A stretch of 64,000 bases of DNA, taken from NCBI GenBank assembly GCA_049320885.1, contig JBMORA010000014.1:64001-128000 (forward strand), in the 5' to 3' direction. The notes below the pieces were generated by a model. The model had not been told where the DNA came from and ran no database searches. It worked only from the letters and a program-made list of their open reading frames with translations. Position 1 is the first letter of the stretch, and the number at the start of each line of letters is the position of its first letter. Origin of the DNA: Thermodesulfobacteriota bacterium (GTDB taxonomy: Bacteria > Desulfobacterota > Desulfobacteria > Desulfobacterales > SURF-7). Below are positions 48,097 to 58,164 of the stretch, in pieces. A program made the translations under genes and the position numbers.

Positions 48097-49867
48097 TGCT
48101 GGAAGTGTCCTGTTTTCTGCGATCGATGAGAGCGGTAAAAAGCCGGTCAAGACCCAACTCGGCGGCTTTATCACGCGTTGGCCGGCCTTTTGGATCAAGT
48201 CCCCGGACAAGGTAATAATTGGCCCTGGCGGTGAGAAAAGCACGGCGATCGATGGGCGGACGGTCTCCGTCAGCTTCAAAAAAACGACCCGGCAGATCAT
48301 CGTCCTTGTCGTCAAATCCATTGGCCGCATTCATTATCCGTTCCTGGTATACAATTCTTTCCCCCGTTTTCAAAAGGTCATGGGCCGACGTTTCCATGCC
48401 GGTTACCGCTTCGAAAACTTTGGCGTATTCTTCCAGGGAAGCGGCAAAAAAAATGAATTTGCAGGCAGTGAGGGAGTCCACGACGGCATTTAGGTCTTCG
48501 CTGATTTTGATGATGCGGGCCTTTCCTTCAAAGGAAAGACGGTTGGTGGCAACGGGTTTTCGCAGGATCTCATGGCTGATCGGATAGGCCCGCAGATGAC
48601 AGGCGCCGCGGTTGGAGACGGCGAAAGCCAGGGCCATGCCGTATGCCCCGCGGGGATCATAGGCCGAAAGTTCCAGATTCTTGACCGTCATGGCGGCTTC
48701 CGGTCGGCGGCAGGCGCGGGCATACCGGGCCGATCCTTGGCCCAGCAGGCGACCCGGCGTTCTTCCATAACCGATGTCTGCCAGCAAGGCCGGAATGAGA
48801 TCCGGGGAAAGCCTTTTGTCAAGGATTTCCGAATGGCAGGCAAGGGTTGCCGCCGCCGAAATCGTATCCATACCGAGATCGTTGCAGATTCGATTCGCTT
48901 CCATCACCGTTTCCAGCCGTTCGTTTTCCAGAAGCGCGCTGAAATGGGACATGGTTTCGAATTCGGGCAGCGGCAGCCCCTTTTCCGAACGCTGTTTGCA
49001 GCGGATATGGCAGCCGCGGCAGCCCGTCCGCACGGGGTTGTATTGTCGATGATAGGCATGGGCGTTCATCGCCGGCGCATGGGAGAATCTCGTTTTACGG
49101 AAATTCCGCGTGGGCATCATATGGCGGGAATCCATGAGATCATAAAGTGCGGCGGTGCCGAAATTCGAAATCCCGAATCGGCCGGACAGGGCCGGCGATG
49201 CGGACACCAGGCGGTATATGTCCTGGCTGGCCGTCCGCAGCAATGCGGCATCCTTTACGGCTGTTCGGCCGTGGCCGCTCACGGTGATGTATTTCAGGTT
49301 TTTTTCCGCAAAGACCAGTCCGAGACCGTTGCGTCCGACCGCAAAATGACCGTCCACCATGATATTGGCGAATAAGACCCGATTTTCAGCCGCCGGCCCG
49401 ACTGCAGCCAGGGAACCTTTGGTTTTCAGGATTTGAAAAACAGCCGTCGTGCCCTGTCCGGCGAGGGCGGATGCATCCGTGATGACCAGGCGGTTGTCGG
49501 TGATTTCGATGCCACAGAGGCGCGGGGCTTTGCCGGTGATCATCAGGCCGTCAAACCCGGCGTTTTTCATGGCCGTGCCGAAAGTTCCACCCACCGATGC
49601 ATCGGTGACGGTTCCGGTGAGCGGCGAGCGTGACATGAAGACCATGCGTCCGGATGTGGGGGATGCGGTTCCCACCAGGGGGCCGGTGAGCAGAATCACC
49701 GGCATGGCCGGATCATCCCAGGTGCGGGTGATGAAGGGGGCCAGTAAATGACCGCCGAGGCCCCGTCCGCCGATGAAACGATGCAACAGGGACGGCGGCG
49801 GTTCCTCGACTTCCCATTTTCCGGTTGTCAGATCGATCCGGGCGATCCGCCCTTGCCAGCCAAACAT
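48080..49867 (-). CDS. Aldehyde:ferredoxin oxidoreductase (W/Mo-pterin, AOR family)
   Basis: GGRGLG, SPLTG, GPAAEN, CRGCHIRC, EFET, GMDTIS, AYDPRG, RGACH. Confidence 0.92.
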   Translation of the reverse strand: MFGWQGRIARIDLTTGKWEVEEPPPSLLHRFIGGRGLGGHLLAPFITRTWDDPAMPVILLTGPLVGTASPTSGRMVFMSRSPLTGTVTDASVGGTFGTAMKNAGFDGLMITGKAPRLCGIEITDNRLVITDASALAGQGTTAVFQILKTKGSLAAVGPAAENRVLFANIMVDGHFAVGRNGLGLVFAEKNLKYITVSGHGRTAVKDAALLRTASQDIYRLVSASPALSGRFGISNFGTAALYDLMDSRHMMPTRNFRKTRFSHAPAMNAHAYHRQYNPVRTGCRGCHIRCKQRSEKGLPLPEFETMSHFSALLENERLETVMEANRICNDLGMDTISAAATLACHSEILDKRLSPDLIPALLADIGYGRTPGRLLGQGSARYARACRRPEAAMTVKNLELSAYDPRGAYGMALAFAVSNRGACHLRAYPISHEILRKPVATNRLSFEGKARIIKISEDLNAVVDSLTACKFIFFAASLEEYAKVFEAVTGMETSAHDLLKTGERIVYQERIMNAANGFDDKDDDLPGRFFEADGDRPPIDRRAFLTARANYYLVRGLDPKGRPTRDKAAELGLDRLFTALIDRRKQDTSSNEPDV

Positions 49868-49871
49868 CCGG

Positions 49872-51437
49872 CTATCCCTCCCGCTTTCCCGGAAGTTCGG
49901 AGGACCGTTGGGGCCGGCCGATGCCGAGTCTTTTCATCCGGGATACGAAGGTGGAACGGTTCAGACCGGCGTCGGATGCCGAACGGGCGACATTCCAGTT
50001 GTTTTTGTTGAGCAGATGCAGCGCAAACTCCCTTTCGACCTCCGCCCATGTCCGGTTGGTGAACGGGAGATCCTTGCATGCAGGAGAAACCGCTGTCGGA
50101 CTCAGGCCGGAAGATTTCGGCCGTATGTCCCCATGACCCCGAATATACGACGGCAGATCGGATTGCAGAATCCGCTCATTATCCGTCACGACCAGCAAGT
50201 ATCGGATCAGATTTTCCAGCTCCCGGATATTGCCCGGCCAATCATATTCCAGCAATGCCTGCAGGGCTTCATTGCTTATTCGTTTTTCAGCCACGCCGAT
50301 GGACAAGGCTTCTCTTTGTAAAAAATGTTTCAACAGCAGGGGGATATCCTCTTTTCTGTTTCTCAGGGGAGGGATATGCAATGGCAATACCGATAGCCGA
50401 TAGAAGAGATCTTTCCGGAAGGTCCCGGCCTCCACCATATCCGGGAGATTCTGGTTGGTGGCGGATATGATTTTAATATCCACCTTCTTGACCCTGGTTT
50501 CTCCAAGCGGTTTCACTTCGGAGTTTTGGATCACCCGTAAAATTCTAGCCTGGAGATTGAGGGGCATGTCGCCGATTTCATCTAAAAAAACGGTGCCGCC
50601 GTCCGCGGCTTCGAACAAACCGAGTTTGTCCTTGGCGGCTCCTGAAAAGGCGCCTTTCTTATAACCGAACAATTCACTTTCCAGAAGTGTTTCCGGGATC
50701 GCACTGCAGTTTTGAATCCAGAGCGGTTTTTCGCTGCGGGGGCTCAGTTGATGGATGTTTCGGGCGATCAGCTCCTTTCCGGTGCCGCTTTCACCGGAAA
50801 TCAGGATCGGGTAGTCGGTTCGCGCATAGCTGCGGATCATCCCCATGCAGGTTTGAAAAGAGGGGCTCTGGCCGATCAGCCGGTCTTCCTGCCGAATCTG
50901 TTCCAGCGCCTGGCGCAGGGATTGCGTTTCTCGGCGCTGCTCGTCGAAAAGAATCGCGTTGCTGAGCGCGATGGAACCGATGTTCACCAGGTCCTGAATA
51001 TGTCGAAGGTGACCGTGATCGAGATTGATGCTGGTTTTTCCAGGAGTGGTGTCGATAATTTGGACGGCACCGTATACTTTATCGTTTTTTAAAAACAACG
51101 GAAAGCATAATATCAGGCTGCTTTTGACCGCCAGTTTTTCTTCCAGCTCACGATAATGCCGTGGGTCCACCCTGGGATCGGAGATGGTCATCTTGCCGTT
51201 TTCAATCACCCAGCCCACAATACTCGACTGGCTGGCGTTGATCACCGTTCCTTTGATGTTTTCACTTTGCAGGCCGGCTGATTCGATGCAGACATATGCG
51301 TCGTTCTGTTTGATCCAGATGGAGCCCCGCTCCACGTTTTGCAGTTTCAGCAGGGCTGTCAGAAATTTGTGCCGCAGTTTGGCCGGGTCCAGTTCATCGG
51401 AAAAGGATTTCAATAGGTGAATGGGTTGGGATTCCAT
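49872..51437 (-). CDS. GAF-domain sigma-54-dependent activator
   Basis: GAF-like N-terminus, GESGTGKE, GAFSGA, FLDEIG, WPGNIREL, Fis HTH. Confidence 0.92.
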   Translation of the reverse strand: MESQPIHLLKSFSDELDPAKLRHKFLTALLKLQNVERGSIWIKQNDAYVCIESAGLQSENIKGTVINASQSSIVGWVIENGKMTISDPRVDPRHYRELEEKLAVKSSLILCFPLFLKNDKVYGAVQIIDTTPGKTSINLDHGHLRHIQDLVNIGSIALSNAILFDEQRRETQSLRQALEQIRQEDRLIGQSPSFQTCMGMIRSYARTDYPILISGESGTGKELIARNIHQLSPRSEKPLWIQNCSAIPETLLESELFGYKKGAFSGAAKDKLGLFEAADGGTVFLDEIGDMPLNLQARILRVIQNSEVKPLGETRVKKVDIKIISATNQNLPDMVEAGTFRKDLFYRLSVLPLHIPPLRNRKEDIPLLLKHFLQREALSIGVAEKRISNEALQALLEYDWPGNIRELENLIRYLLVVTDNERILQSDLPSYIRGHGDIRPKSSGLSPTAVSPACKDLPFTNRTWAEVEREFALHLLNKNNWNVARSASDAGLNRSTFVSRMKRLGIGRPQRSSELPGKREG

Positions 51438-51658
51438 GAAAATGGCGACATATAACCGATATGTTGAAATATAAACAATTGTGTTGATAAAGAATGATCC
51501 GCTTTCATCCAATACAACACCTGCTTTGATTATTCATTTTTATATATATAATAAATTCCGTTAGATCAATCATTTTATTATCGACTGGCACAATCCATGA
51601 ATTATTCGTAACCAGTATGGCCGGCGAAAACAAACCGCAAGCATGTAAGGAGGAGGGT

Positions 51659-52231
51659 ATGCAGAATCTGAATCTGGATGAGGGAAAAATCAAATTCGGT
51701 GATGAATGGTGTTCGGCGGAGATGCTGAGCAACCGTATTCAGGAAAAAATGAAATCCGGAGACTACCGGTTCGCCGAGCTTGCCGCGGCCCTGGAGCGGC
51801 TCAAAATCGCCCTGGAAAATTCCCGGCGTTTGGAGGTTAGCATCGTGATTTCAAAAGAAGAATACGAAGAATTGATGGCTGTCGGCGGCTTGAATGAGCG
51901 GGAATGTCTGCGCAAAGCCATCATGGCGTTCATCGGCTATGATGTGGGAACCGGACAAAACGAAAAAAAAGCCGCTGTGTCGGGGAAAAAAAACGTGGCG
52001 GATGATCAGCCGGCGCCGAATCCGCAACCGGTCCAACAGGGGGAGGCGCCGAATTCGGGAAAACATGAAACGGAAACGAATGCCGTGCGCTGTTTTAGAT
52101 GCAAATCGCCGATGGCGATATCCAATAACGGAGCGGTCCACGAAATTTTTTGCCCCATTTGCGATACCATGCCGGAAAGCAATCCGTTTTATGACAGCGC
52201 CACCCGATACAAGGACCATTATCTGGGTTGA
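51659..52231 (+). CDS. Hypothetical protein with a C-terminal CxxC...CxxC zinc ribbon
   Basis: Strong AAGGAGG RBS; CFRC...CPIC. Confidence 0.7.
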   Translation: MQNLNLDEGKIKFGDEWCSAEMLSNRIQEKMKSGDYRFAELAAALERLKIALENSRRLEVSIVISKEEYEELMAVGGLNERECLRKAIMAFIGYDVGTGQNEKKAAVSGKKNVADDQPAPNPQPVQQGEAPNSGKHETETNAVRCFRCKSPMAISNNGAVHEIFCPICDTMPESNPFYDSATRYKDHYLG

Positions 52232-52264
52232 TGATCATCGCGACCGCTCAGCAGGAGAAGGGGC

Positions 52265-52699
52265 GTGCTATTGAAAGATCAACAGATGAAAAGGGAGGCG
52301 GATATGGAAGCCTGCGCGGACAGAAGAAAGAGCCGACGTTTTCCGGTGGAAGGCACGGCAATCGCCGTTTTCCAACCATATCCGATTTTGATGGGCCAGG
52401 TAATCGATATCAGCATGGGCGGCCTCGCTTTTCATTATCTTCAAGAGAAAAAATGCACGGATCACCCCCCGCAGGCCGAGCTGACCATTATTTGTTCGGA
52501 TGGTACAAAACTGGAGCGAATACCGTATCGAATCGTATCGGATATCGATTTAAGCCCGATGCTGTCTTTTGTATCAAAACCGTTGCGGCGGGCGAGTCTG
52601 CAGTTCGGCGATCTGACGGATTCCCAGGCAGCTTCCCTGAGTCTTTTTATCGAGGGGTGCAGCGATGTCAAAAAGGATTCCGGGATTCAATTCCACTGA
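52265..52699 (+). CDS. PilZ-domain protein (paralog of 36887)
   Basis: DRRKSRR and DISMGG; shares MGQVxDISMGGL..QFGxLT with 36887. Confidence 0.8.
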   Translation: MLLKDQQMKREADMEACADRRKSRRFPVEGTAIAVFQPYPILMGQVIDISMGGLAFHYLQEKKCTDHPPQAELTIICSDGTKLERIPYRIVSDIDLSPMLSFVSKPLRRASLQFGDLTDSQAASLSLFIEGCSDVKKDSGIQFH

Positions 52700-52777
52700 C
52701 CATCCGGAGGATGATATTTCGGCATCCAGTCCGCTTCTTCCAAGCCGTTCAGGCCCCAATGAGGGCTGACGGGTTGA

Positions 52778-54865
52778 TCAGGAATTCGGCAGGGAAGGCG
52801 AAATATCCAGTACCCGGCGAATGACGGCGGCAATTTCTTTCCGGGCGGACGGTTTCATGATAAACTCCCTGATACCCAAAGCATTTGCCTGCTCGATGGT
52901 CATGAATTGACTATATCCAGTGCACAGGATGACCGGTATCGATGGTTTGATGCGGATCATTTTTCCCGCCAGCTCGATTCCGGTCATGGACGGCATGGTC
53001 ATATCGGTGATGACCAGGTCAAACGCATCGGGTGCTTTCCGAAACAGATCCAGTGCTTCCTGCCCGTTGGTAGCGGCGGTGACGTGATAGCCGAGTCGCT
53101 CCAGAATCCGCTTGTTCGCATCCACGACGACCTCTTCATCATCGACAAACAGAATCCGTTCCATCCCCAAAGGCGGTTCCGCCGATGCTCCGGGAGACTC
53201 GTGCTCGTCTTTTTCCTGGAAGACCGGTAACAGCACTTCGATCGTTGTTCCTTCGCCGGGTTTACTGCTGACGGTGATCCCGCCTTTATGATTGATGACG
53301 ATTCCGTGAACGACGGAAAGTCCCAGTCCCGCCCCCTCGCCCGGTTGCTTGGTGGTGAAAAAGGGATCGAAGATGCGGTCCTTGATATCCTGCTGGATGC
53401 CGCAGCCCCCATCCTTGACGGCGATTCGGACATACCGGCCGGGCATAAGGTCCGATCCGGAAGGCGGTTCATGAAGCATGGTATTAGTTAGGGACACGTT
53501 CAAGGTGCCGCCCCCGGCATGCATCGACTGGGCGGCATTATTGCACAGGTTGATCACCAGTTGTTGAATTTGGTCGGGATCGGCCATCACCGGATCGATT
53601 CGTTCCTCGATTTCCTGGTGGATAACGATGGTGGAAGGAAACATGGCCCGGAGCATCTTCAATGTCTCTTTCATCAGGGTGTTGATTTTAAGGGGCTTGG
53701 ATTCCACGTCCGATCTGCGGCTGAAGGTCAGGATTTGTTCGATGAGATCCTTGGCCCGATGACTTCCCCTGATGACCTGTTCAAGAGAATAGGCGGTTTC
53801 CGAGCCTTCTTCCACATCGTCCAGGGCGAGTTCGGTATTTAAGAGGATGGAGCCGAGAATATTGTTGAAATCGTGCGCAATTCCCCCGGCGAGGGTTCCG
53901 ATGGCCTCCATTTTATGAGCATAGCGCAGCCGGCTTTCCAGTTTTTCTTTTTCTTCCTCGGCCCGGAGTTGATTCGTAATATCGGTGATGACGCCGGTAA
54001 ACCCGATGACCTTGCCGGATGGATTGCATTTGTAGTTCCAATCCGCCTTGATGTCCACGTCGGCGCCGTTTGGTTTGCGGCACTTGAGAAAATAGGGGAT
54101 CGGCAGGGATTCGTCTTCGGCCATTTTTTTGAGAAGCCGGAGCATTTCCCCACGTTTCATGGGGACGGCCATGACATCGAGGATCGATCTGCCGATCAGG
54201 GCGTTCTTGCGGTAGCCGAGTATTTTTTCAAGGGCGGAATTGGCGAAGGTGATCCTTCCTTCCAGATCGATTTCCTGAATCCCGTGGGGAATGGTTTCCA
54301 CAAGGTCGCGGTAGCGTTTTTCGCTTTCCCGCAGAGCTTCTTCCACTTTCTTACGATCGGTGATATCGATGCTGGTGATGATCGCCCCTCCGGATATCGG
54401 GGAGATCCGGATATGAAGAAATGTGTCGTTATACTGGAGCTCCGGGAATTCTTTTGGAATTCCGGAGCGGATACAGTCTTTCAGTTCCGCAAGCATGTCG
54501 ATGCGATGCTTGCCGGCATAATCCTGATACATGATGTCGCCGATTTTCGGCACCCGGCTATCGGTTTCGCTTTTGGCCAGATTATAACCGATAACCCTGG
54601 CGTTTTGATCGACAATGATGGCGCCGATGGGGTTGTGTTCGAAAAGCGCGCGGTACCTCTCTTCGCTTTTTCGCAACGCTTCTTCAACCCGCCTGCGGTC
54701 CCTGATCTCCAGTTTGAGCTGCCGATTGGTTCTGATCAGTTCGGCGGTCCGCGCCATCACACGGAGCGCCCTTTCTTCCTTGTCTTTTTTTGAATGGCTT
54801 AGCGGAGACCGGGCAAAAAATTTTGATGCATGCTTCGGTATGAGACGGCTGCTTCTCTTTTTCAT
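52778..54865 (-). CDS. PAS-PAS hybrid histidine kinase
   Basis: Two PAS linkers (DITDRK, DITNQ), [26 protein letters not shown]. Confidence 0.92.
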   Translation of the reverse strand: MKKRSSRLIPKHASKFFARSPLSHSKKDKEERALRVMARTAELIRTNRQLKLEIRDRRRVEEALRKSEERYRALFEHNPIGAIIVDQNARVIGYNLAKSETDSRVPKIGDIMYQDYAGKHRIDMLAELKDCIRSGIPKEFPELQYNDTFLHIRISPISGGAIITSIDITDRKKVEEALRESEKRYRDLVETIPHGIQEIDLEGRITFANSALEKILGYRKNALIGRSILDVMAVPMKRGEMLRLLKKMAEDESLPIPYFLKCRKPNGADVDIKADWNYKCNPSGKVIGFTGVITDITNQLRAEEEKEKLESRLRYAHKMEAIGTLAGGIAHDFNNILGSILLNTELALDDVEEGSETAYSLEQVIRGSHRAKDLIEQILTFSRRSDVESKPLKINTLMKETLKMLRAMFPSTIVIHQEIEERIDPVMADPDQIQQLVINLCNNAAQSMHAGGGTLNVSLTNTMLHEPPSGSDLMPGRYVRIAVKDGGCGIQQDIKDRIFDPFFTTKQPGEGAGLGLSVVHGIVINHKGGITVSSKPGEGTTIEVLLPVFQEKDEHESPGASAEPPLGMERILFVDDEEVVVDANKRILERLGYHVTAATNGQEALDLFRKAPDAFDLVITDMTMPSMTGIELAGKMIRIKPSIPVILCTGYSQFMTIEQANALGIREFIMKPSARKEIAAVIRRVLDISPSLPNS

Positions 54866-55176
54866 GGCACCTCGAATGGCTGGTTCTGTTTGACGATCTT
54901 GTGTCGAACGCTTTTCCGGGCGCGGCCGATTCGGTCAGGCAATAGCCTGGAAAGGCGTTTGCAGGAAGAAAACGCGGCAAACTCTGGATCCTTGGTGTAT
55001 TCTCCGTGAACAGAAGCAGATATAAGGGAAAAAAAGTTGTTTCGGTTTCCGTGCCAAATCTGATGACAAACTACCACAGAAACGACCGAATTTCAAGTCT
55101 CGTCACAAAAGGCTTGACATCATTTGCGAATATCCCGACACTAGCCATGTCTCTCATCCTGACAGCAAGGAGGGCC

Positions 55177-58149
55177 ATGTCGCAAAACCGTTACGGCGAT
55201 CGATACGACGAGTCTTTCAAGACCTTCCACGAGCTGATGGCTTGGCGCGTGCGGGAAATCCTTCTTATTTCAAGCCCTTATGATGCATTTATCATGGAGG
55301 AGGACGGCCGGATCGCCGGCCGGATCATACACGAATACCGGGGCTTGAACCTGACCCGCCCGCCCCGGATCAGTTGGGTGTCAACGGGCCAGGATGCGCT
55401 CCGGATGCTGACGGAAAAGCAATTCGACCTGGTCATCACCATGCCGAGGATTGATGACATGGAGCCCGCCCTTCTGTGCCGGGAAATCAAGACACGCCGG
55501 AGGGATCTGTCGATTTATTTTCTGGCGCATGATACCAGCCGCTTTCTGGACGGAATGGAGGATCCGCTGTGTACGCATATCGACCGTCGTTTTGTGTGGC
55601 TGGGCAATACCGATCTGCTGCTGGCGATGATCAAGAGTACCGAGGATCGGCTGAACGTTTCTTCCGATACGGAAAAAGCGCGAGTCCGGGTGATCATTCT
55701 GGTGGAAGATTCCCCGGTCTACTTGTCATCCCTGCTCCCGTTTCTCTATAAAGAAATTGTCCGGCAGACCCAATCGGCCATGGACGAGTCCATCAACGAG
55801 GAGCACCGAATCCTGCGCATGCGGGCCAGACCCAAGATTCTCATCGCTGAAACTTTTGAAGATGCGCAACGGCTTGTCCGGCAGTTCAGCCCCTACTTGC
55901 TGAGCGTGCTCAGCGATGCCCGTTTCCCCAACAAGGGAAAGCTCGACCAGGAAGCCGGAATGAAACTCCTTACGGAAATAAAGCAGGAATTACCGGATTT
56001 GCCGCTTCTGCTGTTCAGCTCCGAGCCGGCCAATCAGGAAAAGGCGATCCGTATCCAGGCACATTTCATCAACAAGAATTCACCAAACCTGCACCGGGAC
56101 ATCCGCGAATTTTTCACCCGCAACCTGGGCTTTGACGATTTCATTTTTCGACTTCCGGGAGGGGAAGAAGTCGGCCGGGCCGCCAATCTGAAGGAAATGG
56201 AAAAAATATTACCGGAAATTCCGGAAGCGTCCATCCTTTTTCATGCCGGCCGCGAGGATTTTTCCACCTGGATGATGGCCCGGTCGGAAATTGAGCTGGC
56301 ATCCCGTCTTCGCCAGGTCAAGGTGAATGATTTTGAGGATATTCGGAATGTAAAGCAATACCTGCTCGCTTCGATCCGGAAGCAGCGCAGGGAACGGCAG
56401 CGGGGCGTCATCATCGAATTCAGCGAAAGCGGATATGATCCTTCCGCCGAATTCGTGAAGATCGGCAACGGTTCGCTGGGCGGCAAGGCAAGAGGGCTGG
56501 CTTTTCTGGCCGTCTTGTTGAAAAACAACCAGGCGCTTTTCTCGAAATATCCCGGAATGACGGTTCGAATTCCTAGTACATTGGTCATCAGCACCGAAGG
56601 CTTCGAGTCCTTTCTGAATGAGAACGATCTGGCATTCGGTTCAATGAAGGACCTGGATGACGCCCGCATCGAGGAATTGTTCCTGAAGGCCCGGGTTCCG
56701 GATCAGTTGCGGCGGGAACTGGAGCTATTCCTGTCGTTCGCGGACTATCCGCTGGCTGTGCGTTCCTCCGGGCTTTTGGAGGATGTCCCCTCCCAACCCA
56801 GCGCCGGTATTTATAAGACCTATATGATACCCAACAATCACCCGGATCGCAGCCGTCGGCTTTTCCATCTGGAGAACGCCGTCAAGCGCGTATATGCCTC
56901 GACCTATTCGGCTTCGTCCCAGGCTTTTGTCCGGCAATCCCAGTATCGCGCGGAAGAAGACCGCATGGCCGTGATCATCCAGCAGATCATCGGCAGTGAA
57001 ACGAACGGCTTGTATTATCCGGCGATTTCCGGGGTGGCGCAGTCCATCAACTTCTATCCGATGGGACATATGAAAGCGGAAGAGGGCGTGGCCCATATCG
57101 CCCTGGGGTTCGGCCGAATCGTGATGGACGGCGGCGTCTGTCTTCGCTTTTCACCGCTCTACCCCCAGTTGCTGCCGCAGTTCACCAGCGTGGAGGCCAC
57201 CCTGAAAAACGCCCAGCGGTCTTTTTACGCCCTGCGACTTCCGGACGCGCATGAGCCCGATCCTCAGTCCCCGGATGAATTCATGCGGCTGCTTTCCGTT
57301 GAGGAGGTGGCGGATCATCCGGTGGTGAATCGGATGGCCAGCACGTATGTGTTCGAGGATCACCGCATCCGCGATGCAACCGGTCTGGCGGGACAAAAGT
57401 TGGTGACCTTCGCTGCTGTGCTGAAATATAATCTCTTTCCCCTGGCGGAGATCCTGCGGGACATTCTGGAACTGGGCCGGCGGGGCATGGGATGCCCGGT
57501 GGAAATCGAATTCGCCGTCAATGCCGGGATGAAAAAGCCGGAAACGGTTGAATTCGCCCTGTTGCAGATCCGCCCCATGATCAAAGGCGGTCAACGCCTT
57601 GTCGTGGAAATCGATGAGCGGGACCGGAAGACCGCGTTCTGTTTTTCCCGGCATGCGCTGGGAAACGGCCAGAAAACGGATGTCAGGGACATTCTGTACG
57701 TCAGACCCGACACCTTTGATCCGGCCCGCACCATGGAGATGGTTGCCCCGATCGCCGGGATGAACCGGACGCTGACGGAGCTGCAAAGGCCTTATCTGTT
57801 GATCGGCCCCGGCCGCTGGGGATCGGCCGATCGCTGGCTGGGAATTCCCGTTGACTGGAGAGATATCGCGGGCGTCGGTGCGATTGTGGAAACAATAGCC
57901 CCCAATATGCCGGCGGAGCCTTCCCAGGGTAGTCATTTTTTTCATAATATCACGGCCCTTGGAATCAGTTATATCACCGTAAAGGAAGATGGACAGGATT
58001 TTCTGGATTGGAACTGGCTGTTGTCGCAGCCGGCGGAAAGCGAAACCGAATTTATCCGCCACGTTCATCTGCGGAACGGCATGCGCGTCAAAGTGGATGG
58101 AAGACGATCGATGGCGGCCGTGATCGCGGACGCCGAACCCACAATCTGA
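55177..58149 (+). CDS. Receiver-domain / PEP-synthase-N-terminal (ATP-grasp) / phospho-His-like fusion protein
   Basis: Receiver-like segments, GGKARG, AVRSS..ED, MAVIIQ, EIEFA, LQIRP, C-terminal SQGSHFFHN. Confidence 0.85.
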   Translation: MSQNRYGDRYDESFKTFHELMAWRVREILLISSPYDAFIMEEDGRIAGRIIHEYRGLNLTRPPRISWVSTGQDALRMLTEKQFDLVITMPRIDDMEPALLCREIKTRRRDLSIYFLAHDTSRFLDGMEDPLCTHIDRRFVWLGNTDLLLAMIKSTEDRLNVSSDTEKARVRVIILVEDSPVYLSSLLPFLYKEIVRQTQSAMDESINEEHRILRMRARPKILIAETFEDAQRLVRQFSPYLLSVLSDARFPNKGKLDQEAGMKLLTEIKQELPDLPLLLFSSEPANQEKAIRIQAHFINKNSPNLHRDIREFFTRNLGFDDFIFRLPGGEEVGRAANLKEMEKILPEIPEASILFHAGREDFSTWMMARSEIELASRLRQVKVNDFEDIRNVKQYLLASIRKQRRERQRGVIIEFSESGYDPSAEFVKIGNGSLGGKARGLAFLAVLLKNNQALFSKYPGMTVRIPSTLVISTEGFESFLNENDLAFGSMKDLDDARIEELFLKARVPDQLRRELELFLSFADYPLAVRSSGLLEDVPSQPSAGIYKTYMIPNNHPDRSRRLFHLENAVKRVYASTYSASSQAFVRQSQYRAEEDRMAVIIQQIIGSETNGLYYPAISGVAQSINFYPMGHMKAEEGVAHIALGFGRIVMDGGVCLRFSPLYPQLLPQFTSVEATLKNAQRSFYALRLPDAHEPDPQSPDEFMRLLSVEEVADHPVVNRMASTYVFEDHRIRDATGLAGQKLVTFAAVLKYNLFPLAEILRDILELGRRGMGCPVEIEFAVNAGMKKPETVEFALLQIRPMIKGGQRLVVEIDERDRKTAFCFSRHALGNGQKTDVRDILYVRPDTFDPARTMEMVAPIAGMNRTLTELQRPYLLIGPGRWGSADRWLGIPVDWRDIAGVGAIVETIAPNMPAEPSQGSHFFHNITALGISYITVKEDGQDFLDWNWLLSQPAESETEFIRHVHLRNGMRVKVDGRRSMAAVIADAEPTI

Positions 58150-58164
58150 TAACGGAGGTCAGGA

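Noticed and set aside
55040..55058. Sigma-54 promoter on the minus strand (TGGCACGG)
   Set aside because: The -12 element (CCGA) is a poor match
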